Origin: a virus
Taxonomy: Duplodnaviria > Caudoviricetes
Direction: 5' to 3' (one strand)
DNA: 64,000 nt
IMG/VR virus record: IMGVR_UViG_3300038393_001822
Coordinates: 6,291 to 70,290 of that record
Shown here: positions 19,168 to 29,394 of the stretch, piece by piece
How the letters are laid out: each line of letters opens with the position of its first letter
How positions within the stretch are numbered: position 1 is the first letter of the stretch
Translations under genes and position numbers: made by a program
Notes under the pieces: model-generated
The model's database searches: none
The model's input: the letters and a program-made list of their open reading frames with translations, nothing else
Told to the model about the DNA's origin: nothing

Positions 19168-19911
19168 TTGAATATGAAAGGGGAAAAGATGTTAAATTAT
19201 ATAGATATAGGTAAAGGGACACCGATTCTATTTATTCATGGGCTAGGAAGTCATAAAGGATCGTGGGAGCCACAACTAAGTGAATTATCAGATACATATA
19301 GATTGATTGCTGTTGACTTGAGAGGGCATGGAGAAAGCCATATTGAAGGGGAAATAACACTTCAAACTTATGCTGCAGATGTAATTGAATTATTAGATCA
19401 CTTACATATTAGTGAAGTTTACTTATGCGGTTTATCACTTGGTGGCCTAGTTACGATGGAAATATACAAACAAAAACCAGAAATTATTAAAGGTTTAATC
19501 CTGTGCAATACTACATTTGCAATTCCTACAATTATAGGTAATAAAATTGTAAATGCTTCAGAAAAATACTTAAACATAAGTAAAGAAACATTAGTTGACC
19601 GTATTGTAAATAAATCATTACATAATTCGAAATACATAGAAGAAGTAACAAAAGCGTTTTACATATCCGATCAATATATTGAAGCTGCAAAAGCTCCTCT
19701 AGGTTGTAACTATACTGATACTTTAACTCAAATTGATAAACCAACACTTATTATAGGTGGGTATTATGATATTACAACTCCTATCGTCAATACGTGGGCT
19801 TTAAAGTATTTAATATCTCACGCAGTAGTTAAAATATTTCATTGTGCTCATATCAGTAACATTGAATGTAAAGATCAGTTTAATGAAGCAATTAGAGAAT
19901 TCATTGCTTAA
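19168..19911 (+). CDS. alpha/beta hydrolase (PcaD/enol-lactonase-like)
   Basis: HGLGS, DLRGHGES, GLSLGG nucleophile elbow, C-terminal AHISN. Confidence 0.85.
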   Translation: MNMKGEKMLNYIDIGKGTPILFIHGLGSHKGSWEPQLSELSDTYRLIAVDLRGHGESHIEGEITLQTYAADVIELLDHLHISEVYLCGLSLGGLVTMEIYKQKPEIIKGLILCNTTFAIPTIIGNKIVNASEKYLNISKETLVDRIVNKSLHNSKYIEEVTKAFYISDQYIEAAKAPLGCNYTDTLTQIDKPTLIIGGYYDITTPIVNTWALKYLISHAVVKIFHCAHISNIECKDQFNEAIREFIA

Positions 19912-20008
19912 TACTACATAATAACCGGATAATTACAACGGAAAATACGCTGCTTAATGCCAATGAGAATATACCTAAACCAATAATCGTGTTTGAATTA
20001 TTTTTCAT
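19901..20008 (-). CDS. 35-aa hydrophobic peptide convergent with the hydrolase gene
   Basis: MKNNSNTIIGLGIFSLALSSVFSVVIIRLLCSIKQ; RBS ggagtgat. Confidence 0.5.
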   Translation of the reverse strand: MKNNSNTIIGLGIFSLALSSVFSVVIIRLLCSIKQ

Positions 20009-20400
20009 GGACTTAATCACTCCGTTAACTAAGATGTATATTTAGTTTTTACAATATTTAATAATACATACAAATGAAACATAAGTTTTAACAGTCCTGT
20101 TGATGGGCTGTTTTTATTTTGTCTAAAATATTCAGAGAACAATCCAATTTTTACTTTACAAATTCTTGGAATGATGTTAAACTTTCCTTAAAGATAAATA
20201 TACAAATAAATACGTTTAAATATAATAATATGTGGTATAATATAAAGGAGATGAGAATAAAATGTTAAATGACCTGCTAGGATTCTTTAAGCGAAACTCA
20301 AAGAAAATGAGCGATTTTGAAAAGAAAAAGATGTTGAGTGAAATTAAACAAATAAAAATAATATTGGAAAAGGATCTAAAATTGAGAGGAGTGATTTAGG

Positions 20401-21495
20401 ATGGGAGCTGCTGAGAAAGTAATTAAATTTGAAAATGAAAGTACTAAAATTTATGAGATTATTGAAGGGTGGTTTCGTGAACTTAATCGTAATAACCGGG
20501 ATTATGAAGATATATATGAAGGGGAAACTTCCAAAACACAAATATCTTATGAAACAGATGTAAGGTTATTCTTAAGATTAGTTAGAGATAAAACTGAAGG
20601 ATCTGAATTAGAGTATTTAACATATGATGAATTACAATTTACTCAGGAAGACTTAGAGGAATTCAAAGAAAAGATTCTTGATATGAGAAGTTCTGATGGT
20701 AAATACACTTATAAAAACAAAAGTTTAAATCGTAAATTATCGGCCATTAAAAACTTCATTAAGTATTTAGCTAAAAAGAAGTTAGTTAAGGATATATCAT
20801 TTTTACAATTGGTTACTTCAGAAAAAGAAAAAGATAATCATTATGGGGTACTTAGTATTAATGAAATAATGGTGGATATGGTTAATTGGATTATGACTTA
20901 TGAGAAACATAATAAAGAAGTGAAGAAATATTTGGTTCTTTTATCATTAGATACATGCATTAGAAAATCAGCTTTATTAAGATTGAAATGGTCAGATTTT
21001 ATAGTTGATGATAATCGAATAATATTAAAAGCTATAGATAAAGGTAATCATGAATTTCGAGCTGAGATATCAAATGAACTTTATAATGAGTTATTAACTA
21101 TCAAAGGGGATTCAGACAAAGTATTTGAAGGTATTACTAAAGAAGCAATTGATAAGATGATGCAACGGTACAGGGAGTTTTATAAAATTAATCCAGAACG
21201 GAAAATTGTGTGGCATAGTATAAGAAAAGCAGGTGTAACATTTCGGTTTAGGGTAACTAAAGATATATTAGAAGCTCAAAGAGCAGCCGGACATAAAAAT
21301 ATAACTACAACACAAATATATATAGAACATGAGAATTATGGTGCAATAGGTGCTGTCTCTAGTGCTGGCAAGATTGATAATGAATTATATAAGAAAGTTG
21401 ATCATGAGACATTATTAAAAGCTATTGATGAACTAAAGAAAGATACACAATTACTTTTGAACATGAAAATTAATGAGATTTTAAGTGCAAAATAA
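20401..21495 (+). CDS. tyrosine recombinase, SPbeta YopP-like, catalytic residues intact
   Basis: CIRKS (R), KGN (K), WHSIR (HxxR), AGH...TTQIY (H,Y); synteny with the yopQ/yopR-like genes. Confidence 0.85.
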   Translation: MGAAEKVIKFENESTKIYEIIEGWFRELNRNNRDYEDIYEGETSKTQISYETDVRLFLRLVRDKTEGSELEYLTYDELQFTQEDLEEFKEKILDMRSSDGKYTYKNKSLNRKLSAIKNFIKYLAKKKLVKDISFLQLVTSEKEKDNHYGVLSINEIMVDMVNWIMTYEKHNKEVKKYLVLLSLDTCIRKSALLRLKWSDFIVDDNRIILKAIDKGNHEFRAEISNELYNELLTIKGDSDKVFEGITKEAIDKMMQRYREFYKINPERKIVWHSIRKAGVTFRFRVTKDILEAQRAAGHKNITTTQIYIEHENYGAIGAVSSAGKIDNELYKKVDHETLLKAIDELKKDTQLLLNMKINEILSAK

Positions 21496-21583
21496 TAAAC
21501 AATTTTATTTACAAAATTATCTATAGAACTTATTATTAAAGATAAGTATGGGGATTATTATACTTTAAAGAGGTGGAAAATTT

Positions 21584-22939
21584 ATGAAAAAAGACAGAAG
21601 AGAATTAGAAGAAAATTTAATTAAAGTAATTAATTCATCTAAGATTAAGACTAAAAAACGTGACATTAACGACATAAAGAAACACTTAGCTACGTACGAT
21701 ATAATAGATGTTCAGAGATGGTTGAATGATCCTGAAGAAAGGATTCCTGAGTTAGACATTCGGGAACTTCTTCTATTCAGTGAACAGATTTTCGCAAAGA
21801 CTGGAGATTTATCAATTAATCCAGAAGATTATTTTACAGATGTTGAATTTAAGGAAGCCCGACAATTTAGTGGAAGTTTAGAGTATAAAGAAAATGAAAT
21901 GAGTTTCCCTTTAACATTTACAAATGCAACTGTAGTTGGTAGTAGTGCTTATATGGTAACTATGAGTATTCAAACGATCAACAAACTGTTGGATAACAAT
22001 TTAATTTATTATAATTTTGAAACGCAGCGTGAAGCTAAATTTGTTAAAAGGAAAGATAAGATTATTATTGAACCTACACTTAATAAAAACAGTGTGAAGG
22101 AGATTTCAGAACATCTTCTATCCAATACTTTGGTTCCGACCGTATTAGTCTTTAACTGTGAAACACGAAGCACAGAAGATCCTTCTGGTGAAGAATTAAT
22201 TTATGATAGTAAAAATATGGAGTTAACTGTTACAAAAGGAACTAGAATAAGTATAACCGATGGTTTTCACCGGATAACAGGTGCTAGGAACGCTCTTCAA
22301 ATTAATCCTGAGTTAGAATTTAATTTTGCAGTACTTCTAACCAACTATAATACGAAAAAAGCGCAGCAATATATGGCACAGATCAGTAAATCAAACCCTG
22401 TATCTAAAACAAGAATTCAGGAACTTGAAGCAAATAGATTTAGTGATAATGTAGTTCAACAATTAAAAGAAGAATCTGAATTAAAAGGTCGCATATCTCA
22501 AACTAATCGTATACATTCATTGAATAGAGAACTTTGTACGTATAACGTCCTTTCCGATAGTATAGATGAACAGTTTAAAATGGAAACAAAATTAGATGCA
22601 ATGGATATTGGAGATTATTTGGTTGAATTTTTTGACTTCCTTATTGGATCTTATCCAGAAGAATTTATAAATAATATTGAAGAAACACGAAAAACTTCAT
22701 TAATAAATGACAATAATATGTTTATTGGGTATATAGTCCTAGCTAGAAGAATGTATGAAAATAAAATTAAAGCAAAACAAGTAAGAAATATAATTAAAAA
22801 TATAGACTTTAGCAGAGAAGCATGGACAATACTAGGTGTGTTAGACGAAAAAGGGAATATAACAGATACAAATAAAACGAGAAAAGCTATTAGAGAATAT
22901 TTTGATAAACTAAATATAGGTATTGAAATCAAAAGATAA
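21584..22939 (+). CDS. DndB/ParB-like (DGxHR) protein, SPbeta YopQ-like
   Basis: ITDGFHRITG motif; synteny. Confidence 0.75.
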   Translation: MKKDRRELEENLIKVINSSKIKTKKRDINDIKKHLATYDIIDVQRWLNDPEERIPELDIRELLLFSEQIFAKTGDLSINPEDYFTDVEFKEARQFSGSLEYKENEMSFPLTFTNATVVGSSAYMVTMSIQTINKLLDNNLIYYNFETQREAKFVKRKDKIIIEPTLNKNSVKEISEHLLSNTLVPTVLVFNCETRSTEDPSGEELIYDSKNMELTVTKGTRISITDGFHRITGARNALQINPELEFNFAVLLTNYNTKKAQQYMAQISKSNPVSKTRIQELEANRFSDNVVQQLKEESELKGRISQTNRIHSLNRELCTYNVLSDSIDEQFKMETKLDAMDIGDYLVEFFDFLIGSYPEEFINNIEETRKTSLINDNNMFIGYIVLARRMYENKIKAKQVRNIIKNIDFSREAWTILGVLDEKGNITDTNKTRKAIREYFDKLNIGIEIKR

Positions 22940-22945
22940 GGATGA

Positions 22946-23938
22946 TTGATAATGAGTAAATTATATAATGGTGAAATTAAAGAGCGATTTCTTTCTAATT
23001 ATGACAATGAACAAACTCAGGCAACAATTCGAAATGTATTTGCTAAAACGGAACTGGTGGAAAGTGTATTAGAAAAAGATTTATATGAAATGAATTTAAC
23101 TGAATTAGGTAAATGTATAGAAAATACAAATCCTTATAATAAAAATGTTGCAAAATCAACTGGTAGATTTATTAGTCAGTATCTAACATTTTGTACGGAA
23201 AATGGGTACAGAAATAGCAATATTAATCCACTTAAAGGTGTAGATGATGAATTTTATGATAAGTATGTAGATAAGAGCAAGAAAATACACTTTAGTTTTA
23301 ATGAATTCTTAGAGTTATTAGAAGACCCAATTTTACACAATGCACAGGACAAAAGTTTTTTATTTCTCATATTTGAGGGACTTCTCGGTGAACAGTTTAG
23401 TGAATTAAGGGAACTTAAAGTATCAGATATAGATTTTGAAAATAAAACTGTTTATATTAAAGAACGTGGACAAAAGGTTGAAATTAGTGATGAATGTATT
23501 AAGTATTTAGAGAAAACAATTAACGAAAAGACATATTATAATTACAATCCAAAAACAAAAGATTTCAATGAACGAGAATTGTTACAATCGGTATATGTAT
23601 TTAAAACAACAAAAAGCCCACGAGCAACTGAAGGTCAAATGGTAGGTATGTCAATGTTATATACACGTATACATGCGTTAAAAGAGATATTAGATCTTGA
23701 ATACTTTACACCTAACGCCATTAAGCAATCAGGTATGATTAAAATGGCAGTTGATATTTTTAAAGAAGAAGGGGTTTTAGGGTATGATCAGCTTGCTAAA
23801 ATAGGGGAAAAATACAATTTCTCTAAGCTGGATAATAATGGTTATTCATACTACAACACATATTTAATGAAAGAATTCATAAACGAAGAAAATATTAAAG
23901 AACTTTACGGAATCGATGTAGTAATACAAAAGAGGTAA
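22946..23938 (+). CDS. MrpR/YopR-like master repressor (inactive tyrosine-recombinase fold)
   Basis: Integrase-like LIFEGLLGEQFSELRELK lacking the catalytic R; PNAIKQSG replaces HxxR; synteny. Confidence 0.75.
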   Translation: MIMSKLYNGEIKERFLSNYDNEQTQATIRNVFAKTELVESVLEKDLYEMNLTELGKCIENTNPYNKNVAKSTGRFISQYLTFCTENGYRNSNINPLKGVDDEFYDKYVDKSKKIHFSFNEFLELLEDPILHNAQDKSFLFLIFEGLLGEQFSELRELKVSDIDFENKTVYIKERGQKVEISDECIKYLEKTINEKTYYNYNPKTKDFNERELLQSVYVFKTTKSPRATEGQMVGMSMLYTRIHALKEILDLEYFTPNAIKQSGMIKMAVDIFKEEGVLGYDQLAKIGEKYNFSKLDNNGYSYYNTYLMKEFINEENIKELYGIDVVIQKR

Positions 23939-24222
23939 TAATAATAATGGGAAAATAAAAAATATCCCTATCGGCACTAGGGATATTGAATTACATATAA
24001 AACAAAATATATAAATACTAATTGAAATGTTGTGGGGTAGAAATATTCGTAAATTTTATGTACTTAATTATTATTCAACAATAGGTGGATAATCTAGTTT
24101 ATTAAGCATACTTAATTATTTTATTAAGTTTTCCATTATATAAAATAATTAATTATATTTAATAATTATGAAGGTGGTGAATATAGTTTTTAATTAATTA
24201 CGTTTAATAATAGGAGGTAATT

Positions 24223-24996
24223 ATGGGAAGGAAAATTTCAACAAAGGACAGAGTTGGTATAATTGGTGAAAATAAACTAGGATCAAAAATGATGATTATG
24301 GAATATAACCATTGTGAAAATATATTGGTTAAATTTATTGAACATGGAAATTTAGTACCTGCCACATGGCAACAATTCATCAGAGGGGCGATAAAAAATG
24401 TATTTGATAAAACAGTTTATGGTGTCGGTTATATTGGAGAAGGTAAATATAAAGTATCTATAAATAGTAAGATTACTCCTCAATATTTAATTTGGAAAAG
24501 TATGTTGATGAGATGCTACAATGAAAAATATCAAGAAAAACGTCCTACATATAAATATTGCGAAGTAACAGAAGAATGGCATAACTTCCAGAACTTTGCA
24601 ACTTGGTACGATGAGAATTTCTATGAAATTGATGGAGAAAGAATGTGTCTAGATAAAGATATATTGATAAGAGGTAATAAAAGATACTCACCTGAAAATT
24701 GTGTTTTTGTTCCTGAATGTATAAATAATTTATTTTTAAAAAGCGAAATGAAAAGAGGAAATTTACCTTTGGGAGTTCATTTTGATAAACGAGCTTCAAA
24801 ATATGCTTCAAAATGCAGTGATGGAAATAAAAAAGATAAACACTTAGGATTTCATAGTACACCTAATGAAGCATTCCAAGCATATAAGGTATATAAAGAA
24901 CAATTAATCAAACAAATAGCCGATGAATATAAAAATAAGATACCATCAAAATTATATGAAGCGATGATTACATACGAAGTTGAAATTACAGATTAA
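24223..24996 (+). CDS. putative homing endonuclease (HNH-like with AP2-like C-terminus), paralog of 37535-38329
   Basis: WKSMLMRCY, WHNFQNFA, LDKDIL, YSPENCVF. Confidence 0.7.
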   Translation: MGRKISTKDRVGIIGENKLGSKMMIMEYNHCENILVKFIEHGNLVPATWQQFIRGAIKNVFDKTVYGVGYIGEGKYKVSINSKITPQYLIWKSMLMRCYNEKYQEKRPTYKYCEVTEEWHNFQNFATWYDENFYEIDGERMCLDKDILIRGNKRYSPENCVFVPECINNLFLKSEMKRGNLPLGVHFDKRASKYASKCSDGNKKDKHLGFHSTPNEAFQAYKVYKEQLIKQIADEYKNKIPSKLYEAMITYEVEITD

Positions 24997-25107
24997 TTTA
25001 ATTTCCAAAATTACTATAAATAATGTCATAATACGACAAAAGTAGACAATGACAAAAGGAAATTTTTATAGTAAAATAGTAACCAAGTTAAGCAAGTAGT
25101 TAAGTTG

Positions 25108-25145
25108 AAGCTAGGACAAAAGAATTGAATCGATTGTCCTAGCTT
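25108..25145. terminator. 12-bp inverted repeat at the 3' end of the yopS-like gene
   Basis: aagctaggacaa / ttgtcctagctt. Confidence 0.6.
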
Positions 25146-25150
25146 ACTTC

Positions 25151-25366
25151 CTACTTGATTTCCCATTCATACAAACGGTCAACAGTTGTTTTTAAAGTCA
25201 TTGCAACTATTATGGCTGTACCCAGTGACATTTTACGTTTGTTGTTTATGTATGCACTTAGTTGATGGATTGATATGCCTGTTTTAACAGAAAGATCCAT
25301 TGGGGTCATATGTGATTGTCTAAGTAGTTGAGGAAGTAAGCATTTTCCGATAATTACTTTTGTCAT
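25151..25366 (-). CDS. XRE HTH regulator, YopS-like
   Basis: IGKCLLPQLL...LSVKTGISIHQLSAYINNKRKMSL...VDRLYEW. Confidence 0.8.
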   Translation of the reverse strand: MTKVIIGKCLLPQLLRQSHMTPMDLSVKTGISIHQLSAYINNKRKMSLGTAIIVAMTLKTTVDRLYEWEIK

Positions 25367-25587
25367 CGGAAAATCCTCCTAATGGCACTGAAATTTATAT
25401 ATGGATATCTTACCAATTTCCTAAGTAGTAAAGCAAGAAAAATTTTCTAATTCTTTGATTGTAAACGGGTATTTTCTGTTTTATAATATAATTACGAACA
25501 AAAAAGCGAACATATATTCTATAGAAGAAGTGATGCATCATACTGTAAACATATAGAGTAATTTGGTATATTAAATCACACATCACA

Positions 25588-25875
25588 TTGGAGGAGTGCA
25601 AAATGGCAAATGAAGTGCAGGGTGAATTAAAGTTGTATGTATTACAGGAAACGGATTTGAATTTAACTGATTTTTTAATTAAATTCAGCAAAGAAAATAT
25701 TATCGATGCCAAATTACAAATTGTACTAAGTGACGGAAGTGTACATACATTACACGTATGTGATATCTTAGAAAGAATGATGATTAATAGTTTTTTGATT
25801 GATGGGAAAGATGTAATTCAAACAGAAATAAAAGCCACTAAGCAAGAAACATCAGTGGCCAAAGTTGCAATTTGA
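25588..25875 (+). CDS. YopT-like small protein
   Basis: Divergent from the yopS-like gene as in SPbeta; likely start about 25603. Confidence 0.5.
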   Translation: MEECKMANEVQGELKLYVLQETDLNLTDFLIKFSKENIIDAKLQIVLSDGSVHTLHVCDILERMMINSFLIDGKDVIQTEIKATKQETSVAKVAI

Positions 25876-25977
25876 CAGTAACTACTATTATGTAAATAGT
25901 AACATAAAAATTTTACATTTTCATTAAGGTATGTTAACATTTTCATTAAAATAACATAAAAGAAAAGAGGTAAAAAA

Positions 25978-26457
25978 TTGCCTTGGGCAAAGAATACTTA
26001 CGAACGTACAGTGAAAGTGTACAAAGATTTTCTTTATGATGTATTAATAAATCACCATCAGGACATTGAAATGACAGCAAAGGAGCTGCTAATTCGTGGT
26101 GAAATTTTAAAACATGACTTTACTAAAAGACAAATGGTAATCATTATGTTTATCATGACTTTTTCTTACAATTATGGGAAAGAAACAGCCTACATTCCCA
26201 AACTTAAAGATTTTGCTATTGCTGGAATATCAGAGAGAAAAATTAAAAATGAGATAGACAAATTATTGAAAATGAATGTGATTGAATGGAATAAAGATGA
26301 ATGTTTATTTTCCTTTAAAGAACCTAGATTTTGGAATGCACCGTATAACGTTGGTTATAATGATAATCGAAGTCAAGAATTGTTTCTAATGAATCTTGAT
26401 CATGCAGGAATTGATGTATCACTCATTATTGAAAAACTAAAGAAAATGAATAACTAA
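25978..26457 (+). CDS. phage replication-protein-O-like N-terminal wHTH protein
   Basis: ILKHDFTKRQ...AYIPKLKDF...GISERKIKNEIDKL pattern. Confidence 0.55.
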   Translation: MPWAKNTYERTVKVYKDFLYDVLINHHQDIEMTAKELLIRGEILKHDFTKRQMVIIMFIMTFSYNYGKETAYIPKLKDFAIAGISERKIKNEIDKLLKMNVIEWNKDECLFSFKEPRFWNAPYNVGYNDNRSQELFLMNLDHAGIDVSLIIEKLKKMNN

Positions 26458-26478
26458 TTTTTTTCAAACTTATCTATC

Positions 26479-26503
26479 CCCAAAATGGGATTCCCAAAAT
26501 GGG
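26479..26503. repeat. direct repeat CCCAAAATGGG x2 (14-bp period)
   Basis: Read directly. Confidence 0.7.
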
Positions 26504-27003
26504 GAATAAACTTCATCCAGACATTCATCTTTGTATTGATTATGAATGTCTTTTTTATTTAAATTTTAAAAATAAATATACAAATAATAATTGACGCCAA
26601 TATAAAATTAAGTTAATATTAACCTATAAGATATAGCAAAGGAGGGCAATATTAAATGAATCCAAATTTACGCATCCAGAAAGCAATTGAAAGCTGCAAG
26701 AGATCCTTGGATCAATTAGAGAATAACAACAAGCGTTTGGCTGTTGGAGACTTAGACCACGCAAAAGAATATGTTTTATCAAGTATTCATTTATTGATTG
26801 CTGAAATTGAGATGGAGGAGGGTGAATTCTAATATATAAAGTATATTTTGAACCGGATAAACGATGGTGGGAATTTTGGAAAAAGGATCGCTTCTTAATT
26901 GAAGATATAGATTATGAAGTAACAAACGGTAGATTTGTGTTAAAAAGACCATTAAAAGGTAATATTCAAGTTACATATAATATAAATTAAAAGAATTGAT
27001 TTA

Positions 27004-27534
27004 ATGTACATAAGAAAGAAATTATGTCGTAAGGAAGGTGTAAAAATGGAGTGGTATGAAAAGTTAATTCAGAACTTAGAGAAAGAAAATCAACGCTTAT
27101 TAGATAGGCTTGAAAGACGATACGAAGAGATTATGAATCTTGAAAAAGAACTAGGTAAATCAAAAATGGAAGTCATTAAATTGAACGCAAAAGTGAACTC
27201 ATTAGAAAAACAATGATACGTATTTCGAGTCAAAATATACATTAAAAAGTTTATTTTAAATGGAGGAGATATAATGAAAAAAGTTAAATTGAATATTCAG
27301 GAAACATTAAAATTCCAAAGAGAAATGGTTATCGAAATCCCTGATGATATGAATGAGGATAAACTAAATAGATTTCTCGATAAAGCCCAAATGAAAGCAC
27401 AAGCTGCAATTGACATTAGTTTTATCCTCGAAGATTTTAGTGATGAAATAAATGTCATTGAACTACCGGATGAAAGTTGCGATAGTCCTTGGGATACAGA
27501 AATAGAAATTGATGATTTTGATTACCTTGATTAA
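27004..27534 (+). other. two hypothetical CDS (27004-27216, 27274-27534)
   Basis: ORF track; RBSs present. Confidence 0.6.
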
Positions 27535-27593
27535 ATTTTAATAAAACATCGATTTGATTAGAAAATAAATTAATAAAAGGAGCTTGAAAACGA

Positions 27594-28199
27594 TTGGAAA
27601 GATATAATTTTAAGGATTTTTTAAGTAGATTTAATAATGATGTTGATGAAATGGAAATATTTCAAGTCCTAAAAGAGCTACCTGAACTTGATAAAGATAA
27701 AGTTTGGTTAGCTGGAGGAGCATTAAGAAGAACATTAATTCATGATCTATTAACATCTGACTTTGATTTCTTCTTTAAAAATGAAGTGGAATTAAAGACA
27801 TTTAAAATAAAACTAGAATCAAAAGGTGTAAAGAAAATATCTGAAACAGAACACCAAGAAACATTTGAAATTAAAATTAAAGATAAACCAAGACTTATTC
27901 AGTTAGTTAAGATTGGTTATTACAATACAGTTGAGGATCTTTTGGATTCATTTGATTTTACAATTACTCAATTTGCATATGATGGTGAAGATTTAATTTG
28001 TGGTAAGTATTCATTATGGGATGTAGCTAGAAAACGATTGGCCTTACATAAAATGACCTACGGTGTAGCAACAATGAGAAGATTAATTAAGTATTCAAAT
28101 CAAGGATTTACAGCATGCGCAGGAGTAATGCAAAGCATCTTGGAAGCTGTCATTGCTGATCCTAGTGTGGTTAATTCGGATATTCAATACATAGATTAG
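27594..28199 (+). CDS. tRNA-nucleotidyltransferase/poly(A)-polymerase-like head domain protein
   Basis: WLAGGALRR, SDFDFF (DxD), FDFTI motifs. Confidence 0.75.
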   Translation: MERYNFKDFLSRFNNDVDEMEIFQVLKELPELDKDKVWLAGGALRRTLIHDLLTSDFDFFFKNEVELKTFKIKLESKGVKKISETEHQETFEIKIKDKPRLIQLVKIGYYNTVEDLLDSFDFTITQFAYDGEDLICGKYSLWDVARKRLALHKMTYGVATMRRLIKYSNQGFTACAGVMQSILEAVIADPSVVNSDIQYID

Positions 28200-28247
28200 A
28201 ATAAAATTATATTTTCATTATATTAAATAAAAAGGAGTAGAAATAGA

Positions 28248-28725
28248 ATGAATACTGAAGAATTTGAATTAAAAATTAAACCATTAATTGATGTAATTGA
28301 AGTTTTGTGTAGAGAGAATGGGATTGATTTTTTAGCAGAGTTTAAGATTAATAAGTCTGGTGAAATATATATGGCTAAAACTGACGATATGATTATGGAT
28401 GGAGCGACTATTTTAAGTCAATATCAAAGATGGCAGTTAAGTAAATAATTTAAAATGTGAGTTTTAAGGGGGATGAAAAATAATGACAAATGGACAATGG
28501 TTAATAAAACAAATCATTGAAAAGAAAAAATTAATTCAAGTAGTGGAACAGGAAATTGAAGAATTTGAAAGTGATTTAAGTGGAATGGAAATCGATTATC
28601 ATGGTATGTATGCGGTAATCGAAGGAGTAGACATTGATGGTGAAGTAATTTTATATGTAGAAGAAGATGATGGTAATTCTTATAATCTAATGTTAAGTAT
28701 ATATGAATTATTGGAATTAATTTAA
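28248..28725 (+). other. two hypothetical CDS (28248-28448, 28483-28725)
   Basis: ORF track; separated by junction palindromes. Confidence 0.6.
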
Positions 28726-28753
28726 AACGTGAATTTTAAAAGGTGGTGATAAA

Positions 28754-29380
28754 TTGGATAAAAAAGTTTGTAAGGATTGTTTAGAAATATTTCCATTAAA
28801 CAATGAGTATTTCTACAAAAATAAATCAAGTTCAGATGGATTTAACCCTTATTGTAAAGAATGCACTAAAAAGAGATCAAGAAAATGGGCTGTAAATAAT
28901 CAGCAACAAAAGAAAGAGAGTCAAGCAGAGTGGTATCAAGATAATAGAATGAGGTTATTAGATAAGCAAAAAACTCTTGATACTAAAAATAAAGATGTTA
29001 AGAAAACCTATTTATCAAATTGGCAAAAAGAAAATAAAGATAGAGTAAGAGAATATCAAATTGAAAGAAACATACATAAGACACATAATATATCTGATGA
29101 AGAATTAAATGAATTATATGAATATGCAAATGATTCATGTATGTATTGTGGTTTAACTGAGCAAGAGTCATTAGAATTGTATAATCAAAGATTACATAAA
29201 GATCACGCTTATAACAATGGTTCAGACAGAATTGATAATTGTGTATTGGCTTGTAAAAGCTGTAATGGTAGTAAACGAACCAAAGATTGGGATGAATGGT
29301 ACATCCAAGACAACCCTAAGTATACATATGATAGATATTTAAAAATAGAAGAATGGTTAAATAAGTTTATAACTAATTAA
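28754..29380 (+). CDS. HNH endonuclease with N-terminal Zn-finger
   Basis: CKDC...CKEC; CMYCG...DHAY...NCVLACKSCNGSK. Confidence 0.85.
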   Translation: MDKKVCKDCLEIFPLNNEYFYKNKSSSDGFNPYCKECTKKRSRKWAVNNQQQKKESQAEWYQDNRMRLLDKQKTLDTKNKDVKKTYLSNWQKENKDRVREYQIERNIHKTHNISDEELNELYEYANDSCMYCGLTEQESLELYNQRLHKDHAYNNGSDRIDNCVLACKSCNGSKRTKDWDEWYIQDNPKYTYDRYLKIEEWLNKFITN

Positions 29381-29394
29381 AATTCCGAATTTAA

